NCBI GenBank assembly: GCA_050953065.1
Contig: JBMNLZ010000002.1
Coordinates: forward strand, 319,305-383,304
Source: Bacilli bacterium
GTDB lineage: Bacteria; Bacillota_I; Bacilli_A; ML615J-28; CAG-698
Reading direction: 5' to 3'
Length of the DNA: 64,000 bases
Part shown: positions 29,540-38,022 of the stretch, one piece after another
Numbering within the stretch: position 1 is the stretch's first letter
How the letters are laid out: every line of letters begins with the position of its first letter
Program-made: the position numbers and the translations under genes
The notes under the pieces: model-generated
The model's input: the letters and a program-made list of their open reading frames with translations, nothing else
Told to the model about the DNA's origin: nothing
Database searches by the model: none

Positions 29540-30715
29540 ATGAAAAAAATAGATATTGTATTATTAATAGTAATGTTTATGTTTTTATATGGCTGTAAGC
29601 CAAAAGAAAAACTTATAATTTCTTTTGAAACTAATGGTGGAAGTTCTATAGAAGATGTTGTGATAGATTCTACACTTGATTTTGTTTTGCCGGATGATCC
29701 AGTTAAAGAGGGATATACTTTTGCTGGGTGGTATAGTGATATTGATTTAACAATAAAATATGACTTAAATACAATACTAACAAAAGATATAACATTATAT
29801 GCTGACTGGGGTACTTTAGGATTAGAGTATGAACTAATTAATGATGAAACTGAATATAGTGTCAATAAAGGTAATGCTTCAGAGTTAACTAAAATTCAAA
29901 TTCCAAATATTAAAGATGGTAAGAAAGTAACACAAATTAAAAATCAAGGATTTTTAGCTTGCATCAATTTAGAAAAAATAAAAATTCCTAAGTCTATAAA
30001 GGTTATTGAAGCAGAAGCATTTTATGATTGTAATAATTTAACGGAATTAATTATTCCTAAAACTGTTGAAATTGTAGGTGAAGGAATAGTATTTGGAACT
30101 AATAGTTTGTCGGTTATCTATGTTGAAAAATTAACAAGACCAGTAGGTTGGCATTTACTTTGGAATAATACTTTAAAGCCAGTATTTTGGGGATATCTAG
30201 TAAACGAAGATTCAGAACCAACTTTAAGTATTTCACCAAATTCAGAATATTTAACAATTGGAAAAACTACTAAAATTATTCCAACTATTACTAATACAAG
30301 AAATGAAGCACTTACTTGGACAAGTAGTAATACTGCGGTTGCAACAGTAGATAACTTAGGGGGTGTAACGGGATTAGACTTTGGAACAACAGTTATTACA
30401 GCAACTTCAGTTGCTGATACAACGATTAGTGCAACAGTTACAATTCAAGTAACTATGGAGGGATCAGGCTCTTTAACAGTAAAATCATCAAAAACAGTTC
30501 TAGCAATTGATAGTCTTAATGAAAGTTTATCAGTTTTAAATTCAATGGGAACGTCTTTAGATTTAAAAGATTGTACATTTACAAGTAGTAATTCAGGTGT
30601 TATTACTATTTCTAATGAAGGGCATATTCAACCTCATAGTGCAGGTACTGTAGTTATTAATGTTACTCATGAAACATTTGGACTTGGTAATATTAAATTG
30701 ACTGTAGTTGATTAG
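29540..30715 (+). CDS. Surface lipoprotein: Flg_new repeat + BspA-type LRR + two Big_2 domains
   Basis: Lipobox LYGC; GYTFAGWYSD…YADW (Flg_new); LRR units (…IPKSIKVIEAEAFYDCNNLTELIIP…) ending in the cap PVGWHLLWNNTLKPVFWGY; Big_2 motifs (TWTSSNTAVATVD…). Confidence 0.7.
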   Translation: MKKIDIVLLIVMFMFLYGCKPKEKLIISFETNGGSSIEDVVIDSTLDFVLPDDPVKEGYTFAGWYSDIDLTIKYDLNTILTKDITLYADWGTLGLEYELINDETEYSVNKGNASELTKIQIPNIKDGKKVTQIKNQGFLACINLEKIKIPKSIKVIEAEAFYDCNNLTELIIPKTVEIVGEGIVFGTNSLSVIYVEKLTRPVGWHLLWNNTLKPVFWGYLVNEDSEPTLSISPNSEYLTIGKTTKIIPTITNTRNEALTWTSSNTAVATVDNLGGVTGLDFGTTVITATSVADTTISATVTIQVTMEGSGSLTVKSSKTVLAIDSLNESLSVLNSMGTSLDLKDCTFTSSNSGVITISNEGHIQPHSAGTVVINVTHETFGLGNIKLTVVD

Positions 30716-31153
30716 AAAATAAGGGTCTTTTGAAGAAGATAGTGGTGACCACTAAGAAATTCATAGTTTGCACAAACCACTAACTTCTTCATATATTCAA
30801 AAGAAGTCATCAAAAGGGATGGCTTTTTTTGATTGAGAAACTGTTTTGTAAAATTTTAATATATTGATATTTTTAAAAGTAATGACAACATTCATAATAT
30901 TCTAAGTTATTATCAATATAAAAGTATGAATAATTATTGTCCGTTTGCGTTATTAAAGCGAGACAAAAATAATCGTTCAGTATAAATTTTTGTATACTCT
31001 TTCAATGATAGCAATTCAAGAAAACAATAAGGTAATTGAAATAATAATTTATAATAAAAGTGCTTGTTTTATTAAAATATTAGTGATATTATATTGTTAA
31101 GGGGAATAGAAATGAAAAAAATTCAAAACTATTACCTTTAAACGGGGTATATT

Positions 31154-32365
31154 ATGATAAAAAGAGAGATGTATTTAAGTAAAATAAGACCATTTTATAA
31201 TGATGATATGATTAAAGTAATTACTGGGATAAGAAGATCTGGAAAATCATCTTTGTTAATGCAAATTATGGATGAACTTATTTTAAGTGGTGTTAAACAA
31301 GAACAAATTATTTATATTGATTTGGATTCTAAACCATACAAAGGATATAAAACTAAAGAAGCATTAGAAAAAGAAATTGATCGATTATACTTAGATACTA
31401 AAGCTAAAACATATATTTTTATTGATGAGATTCAAAACATTAAAAATTTTGAAGAAATTATTAATTCATATAGAACTTCTTATAATGCATCCATATTCAT
31501 AACTGGAAGTAATTCATATTTATTAAGTGGTGAATTAGTTACTAAGTTAACTGGAAGGTATATTGAATTTTCAATACTTCCATTTTCATATAAAGAAGCA
31601 ATGACCTATATTGCTGAAACAGGCGCCAGTATTGTATTTGATATTCAAAATTATATAAATTATGGCGGGCTACCTAAGCGTTTTTCATATAGTAATCCTG
31701 ATGAAATCTTTAAATATATTGAAAGTGTTAGCACGCAAATTATTGATAAAGACATATTAAAAAGAGTAAAGATAAGAAATAGAAATTTGTTATCAAGACT
31801 CATTGATTATGTATGTAATAATCCAGCAACAACTTTTAGTTCAAAATCAATTGTTGAATATTTAAAAATTGAAAAAATTAACACTAAGATAGCTACAATA
31901 AATAAGTATTTAGATTTTATTGTTAATTCCAAAATAATTAATCGCTGCAAAAGGTATGATATTAGAGGAAAAAGAACACTAAATTTTGAAGAAAAATACT
32001 ACTTATCAGACTTAGCTTTTAAAACTATAAAAAGTAATACTAATAAGATATCATATTCACATGCTATTGAAAATATCGTATATAATGAACTGATTTCTAG
32101 AGGATTTAAGGTATATGTAGGAAAATTATACAAAAAAGAAATTGATTTTGTTGTTATGAAAGGTGCGAGTATTGCATACATTCAAGTTTCCTACTTAATG
32201 AGTGATGAAAAAACTTTAGAACGAGAATTTGGAAATTTGGAATTAATAAAAGACAACTTCCCTAAATATGTTATTTCAATGGACCCACTTGATATGTCTA
32301 GAAATGGTATTAAACATTTGAAACTAGTAGATGATTTTTTATTAGGGGATACTTATTTAAAGTAA
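31154..32365 (+). CDS. AAA+ ATPase with DUF4143 domain (AAA_14 family)
   Basis: Walker A GIRRSGKSS, Walker B FIDEIQ, C-terminal DUF4143-like region. Confidence 0.7.
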   Translation: MIKREMYLSKIRPFYNDDMIKVITGIRRSGKSSLLMQIMDELILSGVKQEQIIYIDLDSKPYKGYKTKEALEKEIDRLYLDTKAKTYIFIDEIQNIKNFEEIINSYRTSYNASIFITGSNSYLLSGELVTKLTGRYIEFSILPFSYKEAMTYIAETGASIVFDIQNYINYGGLPKRFSYSNPDEIFKYIESVSTQIIDKDILKRVKIRNRNLLSRLIDYVCNNPATTFSSKSIVEYLKIEKINTKIATINKYLDFIVNSKIINRCKRYDIRGKRTLNFEEKYYLSDLAFKTIKSNTNKISYSHAIENIVYNELISRGFKVYVGKLYKKEIDFVVMKGASIAYIQVSYLMSDEKTLEREFGNLELIKDNFPKYVISMDPLDMSRNGIKHLKLVDDFLLGDTYLK

Positions 32366-32639
32366 GTAGTTGTTTATTAAAGTACTAAACTAATAATTTT
32401 AGTATAAATAAATGCCAAATTAAGAATGACAAAACTGTGGTTGCAGGTGCAGTGAATGTAGAATTGTAAAGAATTAATTATCTTGATTTTTTGATATGAT
32501 TAAACAATAATTTATTTAAAAAAAGAAAAATGAAAAAGATAACTTATCTAATGATTAAGAAAAGTCAAAAAAGACTTTTCTTTTCTTTTATATCAAATTA
32601 AAGTATGTTAGAATATATAATAGAAGAGGTATTATAAGT

Positions 32640-35600
32640 ATGAAAAGGTTATTGCTTTTCTTAGGTTTTTTTCTTCTTTTATCAGGTTGTGCTAAACCTG
32701 AAAAAGTGGTTTTAGAAAGTCTTCAAGATGTATATGAATATAATCTTGACTTTTTTAGTTTGGAAAACATTCAAATTAAAAGTATTATTAAGGGAGAAGA
32801 AGGATTAATTAACTTAGATGAAAGTATGTTAAGTAATGAAGATTTAGAAAAACTAAATCAAGTAGGTCTTCATGAAATAACAATCAATTATCAAGGAAAA
32901 AATATTACTATTAAATTAGATTTATATAAAGATATTTATCAAGTTAAATATATTTATAATAATGGTTTAGAAGATTTAGTTATCAATCAAGTAAAGGATA
33001 GTTTGCTTGAAGAACCAACCACTCCCCACAAAGATAATTATGATTTTTTGGGATGGTATTATAAAGCGCTTTGTGATGGAGTGGCTTGGAATTTTGAAAC
33101 GGATGTATTAAAAAATGATCTTGTTTTAGAAGCAAGATGGCAGTTAAGTAAAAAATTAGTTAGGTTTTTAAATGATGAAGAAGTCTTATATGAAACAGAA
33201 GTAAGTTATGGAGATAAAGTACCAGACTATCTTTTTGAAGTAAATGCTAATGAGATTTTTGTTGGTTTTTTAGATAGTAATGAAAAACGAGTTGAATATG
33301 TTTATGAGAATCTTGATTTATATGCTCAAGTTTATGAAATAAAAAATTATGATTTTAAATATTCTATTAAAAACAATTATGTTTATATTACTGGAATCGT
33401 TAATAATACAACTAAAAACTTAGTAATTCCAAGTCATATTTATGGACTTGAAGTAGTAGCGATAAATGACTATGCTTTTATGGATAATAATAAATTAGAA
33501 AGTGTAGTGTTACCTAATACAATTAGAAAAATAGGAAGATATGCTTTTGGCTTTTGTGTTAACTTAAATAGTATTAATATTCCAAGCAATGCTATAGTTT
33601 ATGAGAAAGCATTTTATTTTACTAAGATGGTTGAAGGAATTGACTTTTTTATAGTTAATAATGTCTTACTTGAATATTATGGAGAAGATGAAATTGTTAT
33701 AGTTCCAGATGGTGTAGAAAAAATTGCTAGTAAAGCATTTTATTATAAAAATGTTATTGAGGTAAAGTTACCTAATTCAGTAACTGAAATTGAAACTGAA
33801 GCTTTTGCTTATTCTAATTTGATTAATGTAGAGATTCCTGCAAGTGTTAAGACTTTTGGAGCTGATATTTTTAAAGGTACTCCATGGCTTAAAAATCAAG
33901 ATTCATCAATTATTTTTAATAATTATTTTTTAACCTATATTGGTAGTGCTTTAGAATATAAGATTCCAGAAGGAGTAGAAAAGATTGCTACTAATGCATT
34001 TTTTGAAACCTCTCTTAGTAGAATTACAGTTCCTGCAAGTGTAGTTTATATCAATGATGATGCTTTTGATTCTAAAATTGATGAGATAGTATTTTTAGGA
34101 GTTTTACCTGATTTTTATAGTTCTTTTGTAAGTGAGGATGTAATTCTAAGAGTTAATTTAACTCAAGATGTTCCAAAAAAATATAATAGATATTATGTTA
34201 TTACAAAAGATACAACTTATGATGCATCATATGAATATAGAGTTATTAATGATGAGGTTATCATAACTAGATATTTAGGAGATGAATTAAAGATAGTAAT
34301 TCCTGATGAAATAAAGGGAAAAAAAGTTGTAGCACTTGGTGCTTATGCATTTTTTGAAAGTTTAATTGAAGAGGTGACTTTACCAAAAGATTTAAGGATT
34401 ATTTATCCATATGCTTTTTATAGTTCACTTAGTTTAAACAAAGTTAATTTTAATGAAAATTTAGAACACTTATCTTATTATGTTTTTGGTAGGTGTAAGA
34501 ATTTAAAAACTCTTAATTTACCTGAGTCAATTAAAAGTCTAGATACTTATGCTTTAGGTGGATTTGGGTTAGAAAATTTAACACTTGATAATGTTTATTA
34601 TAAAACTGTTGATAATGTACTTTATACAAGTGATTTAAGAACTTTAATTTTTTATCCAAACGGAATTAAAGATTCTGAGTTTGAAATTTTAGAAAGTGTT
34701 TATAGACTTTCATATGGAGCATTTATCATGGCTCAAAATATTAAAGTTTTAACCTTTAGTACTCCTTATTTACCACTTTATAATGAAGTAGCGTTTTATC
34801 CTGAGATAGTTATAAAAGCTAAAGATGATTTATTTGATAAATATAATATTTTATATGGTCTTATGACTAATGAGGTTTATAAAGAAAAAGATTTTGCTGG
34901 AGATTTTTGTATTATAAATAATGCTTTAGTAAAATATATTGGTAATGATGAAGAAGTAATTATTCCAGAAAATGTTACTACAATTGAGGCCAATGCTTTT
35001 CAAGGATATGGTAATCCTAAAAGAGTTATTATTAATCATTCATTAATGATTAAAAATTATGCTCTAACTTATATGAGAGATTTAGAAAGTATTACTTTAA
35101 ATGCTTTTTGTACAGTTGATTCTTATGCAATACCAATTACTGCAGTTTTATTAGTAGAAGAGGCTGATATAGTTTTATATAAAGCAATGATTAATGTAAT
35201 TGAGGAGTATTTGATTATTTCTAAAACTTCTTTAATTAAAGAAAATGATGATTTTAAATATGTTATATATAATAATAAAGCAATGATTTTAAAGTATTTA
35301 GGAAATGCTTATGATTTAATAATTCCTGAAAAAATAGATGATTATAATGTTACATATATTAATAACAATGCTTTTGTTGGATCATCAGTTAGAATTGTTG
35401 ATTTACCTAAAACAATTGAAAAACTTGGTGCTTGGGTTTTTGCTTCATCTAATCTAGAGGTGATTATCTTTAGAAGTTTAGCTGTTCCTAATATAAAAGA
35501 TTCAACTTTTTCTTATGATGAAAAATTAGAGATTTATGTTTTAAAAGAAAGATTAGATAATTATAAAGAAAATATTAATTTTTCTAAACATTTATTATTT

Positions 35601-36731
35601 GCATATGATGAATATGTAAGTTCAGAAGGAATTTTAAAATATATAATTTATGATAATCAAGTGATTATTAAAGGACATACTAATAGATCATATGAAATTG
35701 AAATTCCAAGTGAAATCTCAGGTTATCCAGTTACTACTATTGCAAGTGATGCTTTTAAGAATAGTTTAGAATTAAAGAAATTAGTTTTACCTAAAACAGT
35801 TAAAAAGGTAGAAGCTAATGCATTTTCAGGTTGTATAAATTTAGAAAGTATTACTCTTTATAGTGAAGAATTAGCTTCAATTGGTTTTATTAATTTAAAT
35901 CAATTAAGTAGTAATTTTAGCTTTAAAATTTTAGCAAGCGTCCATCAAGACTTTATTTTAGAATATCCTGATTTAGAAGATTATGTTTCAAGATTTGGAA
36001 TTTTAATAACTTTTCATAGTATGGGTGGCAGTAGAGTAAAAAGCATTACAAAACTAGATAGTTATACTTTACCTAAAAATCCATATAAATTGGGTTATGA
36101 GTTTTTAGGTTGGACTAATTTTTCAGGTGAAGCGATTGATTTTGATGCAATTGAAACTGATACAGTAGTTTATGCTAAGTGGCAAGAAAACACAACAGTT
36201 CATACTGTTAGTTTTGTTACTAATACTGAGGCTTTAATTGAACCAATTGAAAAGATTTATAATGATACAATTGATATGATTATTATGCCTTATAGAGAAA
36301 CATATCATTTAGAAGGTTGGTATTTAGAAGAAGATTTTCAAACTAAAATTACTTTTCCATTTGCTGTAACTAGTAATTGTACATTATATGCTAAATGGAT
36401 TAGTGTTGTTAGAGATGGCTCTACTTTTGAAAATGCCTACTTACTTTATAAAGGAATAAATACAATTAGTAGTAATCTAATTAAAACATATTATGCATTC
36501 TATCCTTTAGACCCACCATATGATCAAGATAAGGTGTATATCTTTAGGAGTTTAGAGGTAGTTAATGTTATAATATATCTATATGATATTTATGGAAATG
36601 AAATGAAGTTTAATTATGGAGGAGATGAACCTTTCTATTTAGACCAATTGCTTAAGCAACAATATATTTATTATATAGCATTTGAAAAACTAGATTCGAG
36701 TGTATCAGTATATCAAGTTGAGGTGGATTAA
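32640..36731 (+). CDS. Giant (1363 aa) BspA-type LRR surface lipoprotein with Flg_new repeats
   Basis: Lipobox LSGC; dozens of roughly 23-aa LRR units (…AF..C.NL..I.IP..V..I…); Flg_new motifs near both ends (YDFLGWYY…EARW; YEFLGWTN…YAKW). Confidence 0.75.
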   Translation: MKRLLLFLGFFLLLSGCAKPEKVVLESLQDVYEYNLDFFSLENIQIKSIIKGEEGLINLDESMLSNEDLEKLNQVGLHEITINYQGKNITIKLDLYKDIYQVKYIYNNGLEDLVINQVKDSLLEEPTTPHKDNYDFLGWYYKALCDGVAWNFETDVLKNDLVLEARWQLSKKLVRFLNDEEVLYETEVSYGDKVPDYLFEVNANEIFVGFLDSNEKRVEYVYENLDLYAQVYEIKNYDFKYSIKNNYVYITGIVNNTTKNLVIPSHIYGLEVVAINDYAFMDNNKLESVVLPNTIRKIGRYAFGFCVNLNSINIPSNAIVYEKAFYFTKMVEGIDFFIVNNVLLEYYGEDEIVIVPDGVEKIASKAFYYKNVIEVKLPNSVTEIETEAFAYSNLINVEIPASVKTFGADIFKGTPWLKNQDSSIIFNNYFLTYIGSALEYKIPEGVEKIATNAFFETSLSRITVPASVVYINDDAFDSKIDEIVFLGVLPDFYSSFVSEDVILRVNLTQDVPKKYNRYYVITKDTTYDASYEYRVINDEVIITRYLGDELKIVIPDEIKGKKVVALGAYAFFESLIEEVTLPKDLRIIYPYAFYSSLSLNKVNFNENLEHLSYYVFGRCKNLKTLNLPESIKSLDTYALGGFGLENLTLDNVYYKTVDNVLYTSDLRTLIFYPNGIKDSEFEILESVYRLSYGAFIMAQNIKVLTFSTPYLPLYNEVAFYPEIVIKAKDDLFDKYNILYGLMTNEVYKEKDFAGDFCIINNALVKYIGNDEEVIIPENVTTIEANAFQGYGNPKRVIINHSLMIKNYALTYMRDLESITLNAFCTVDSYAIPITAVLLVEEADIVLYKAMINVIEEYLIISKTSLIKENDDFKYVIYNNKAMILKYLGNAYDLIIPEKIDDYNVTYINNNAFVGSSVRIVDLPKTIEKLGAWVFASSNLEVIIFRSLAVPNIKDSTFSYDEKLEIYVLKERLDNYKENINFSKHLLFAYDEYVSSEGILKYIIYDNQVIIKGHTNRSYEIEIPSEISGYPVTTIASDAFKNSLELKKLVLPKTVKKVEANAFSGCINLESITLYSEELASIGFINLNQLSSNFSFKILASVHQDFILEYPDLEDYVSRFGILITFHSMGGSRVKSITKLDSYTLPKNPYKLGYEFLGWTNFSGEAIDFDAIETDTVVYAKWQENTTVHTVSFVTNTEALIEPIEKIYNDTIDMIIMPYRETYHLEGWYLEEDFQTKITFPFAVTSNCTLYAKWISVVRDGSTFENAYLLYKGINTISSNLIKTYYAFYPLDPPYDQDKVYIFRSLEVVNVIIYLYDIYGNEMKFNYGGDEPFYLDQLLKQQYIYYIAFEKLDSSVSVYQVEVD

Positions 36732-37895
36732 ATGAAAAAATTAAAAATATTTTATGTAATTATTTTATTATTAGTATTAAGTGCTTGTGCTGAAAGCATC
36801 GATATTTTACTTTTTCCAAAAGATAATATTGAAATAGAAGTAGGAGAATTTTATGATTTAGCTCCAACAAGTAACTGTTTAGTAAATTTTGAAATAAAAG
36901 ATGAAACGATTATTTCAATTAATTCAACAGTTATTAAAGGCTTAAAAGTAGGAGCAACTGAAATAATAGCTACAGCAGGAGCAAGAAAAGCTACATTAAT
37001 AATTACAGTAGTAGAAGAATCTCTTGATGATCCAACTGAGCCTAATAATCCAGGTATACCAGAAGAACCAACTACTCCTGAAGATCCAATTCCTTTAGCT
37101 AACACAATGTCTGTTTATTTTATTGATGTCGGACAAGGAGATTGTATTTTTGTTGAACTTCCAAATGGAGAAAATTTAATGATAGATGCTGGAGAAGATC
37201 ATGCAGGAGAAGTTAGTAGTTGGACAAATATTACTTCAACTCTTGATGCTTTAGGTGTAAGTATAATTGATCATTTAATTATTACTCATAATCATTCAGA
37301 TCATTATGCATATGTTCCTAATATAATTTCTAAATATGACGTTTTAAATGTATATGGTTCTGGTAGTACTAGAACAAATACACAATATTTAAGTGTAATG
37401 AATTCAATTAGCAATGCAGGGCTTGATTATAATGTTGTTAGTGTTGGTGATAAGATAATTGATGAAGATGGTTTAATGCTTCAAGTAGTAGCTACTAGAC
37501 AAATTTTTAATGAAACTGATCCAAATATTACTAGCGTAGTAACAAGACTTGTTTTTGGAAATGTTGCTTTTATGTTTACAGGAGACGCTGGATATACTAA
37601 ATCAACTGATGGAGAATATACTGCTTTAAATAGTGGGCTTGAATTAAAATCTGATGTTTTAAAGGTTGGTCATCATGGTTCGAGTGGTTCTTCAAGCAAT
37701 CAGTTTTTAGAAGCAGTTGGTGCAACTTATGGTGTTTTAACAACTGCTACAATCACTTCAACTGGTCACCCCAAAGCAGATGCTCTAGCAAGGCTTGAGG
37801 CTCATAATATGACTTTATATCAAACAAAAGATCATGGTAATATAATTTTTAGAACCTCATCTACTAAAATAACTAAAATTGAAACATCTAGGTAA
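36732..37895 (+). CDS. Secreted lipoprotein: Big_2 domain + ComEC/Rec2-type metallo-beta-lactamase fold hydrolase
   Basis: Lipobox LSAC; Big_2 segment; Pro/Glu-rich linker; MBL motifs HNHSDHY and VGHHGS with GQGD. Start overlaps the upstream stop. Confidence 0.7.
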   Translation: MKKLKIFYVIILLLVLSACAESIDILLFPKDNIEIEVGEFYDLAPTSNCLVNFEIKDETIISINSTVIKGLKVGATEIIATAGARKATLIITVVEESLDDPTEPNNPGIPEEPTTPEDPIPLANTMSVYFIDVGQGDCIFVELPNGENLMIDAGEDHAGEVSSWTNITSTLDALGVSIIDHLIITHNHSDHYAYVPNIISKYDVLNVYGSGSTRTNTQYLSVMNSISNAGLDYNVVSVGDKIIDEDGLMLQVVATRQIFNETDPNITSVVTRLVFGNVAFMFTGDAGYTKSTDGEYTALNSGLELKSDVLKVGHHGSSGSSSNQFLEAVGATYGVLTTATITSTGHPKADALARLEAHNMTLYQTKDHGNIIFRTSSTKITKIETSR

Positions 37896-37912
37896 AACTA
37901 GATGTTTTTTTA
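37884..37912 (+). terminator. Rho-independent terminator
   Basis: acatctag-gtaaaa-ctagatgt hairpin plus T7 run, overlapping the stop codon. Confidence 0.7.
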
Positions 37913-38022
37913 GAACTTAAAACTACCTTAAGCATTAATAAAAGCAAATAGACAAATAAAATTAAATAAAATATAATATATAGTAGAGGGAACTTTTTTA
38001 TAATAGAAAGGAAATCGGGGAA

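Noticed and set aside
29515-29865. 116-aa minus-strand ORF
   Set aside because: Antisense to the start of the 29540 lipoprotein gene.
31999-32181. 60-aa minus-strand ORF
   Set aside because: Antisense inside the AAA-ATPase gene.
32519-32592. Mini-ORF MKKITYLMIKKSQKRLFFSFISN in the intergenic region before the giant LRR gene
   Set aside because: It overlaps an obvious terminator hairpin (aaagtc-aaaaaa-gacttt plus T-run), has no RBS, and there is no evidence of conservation.
36851-37105. 84-aa minus-strand ORF
   Set aside because: Antisense to the Pro-rich linker of the MBL lipoprotein.
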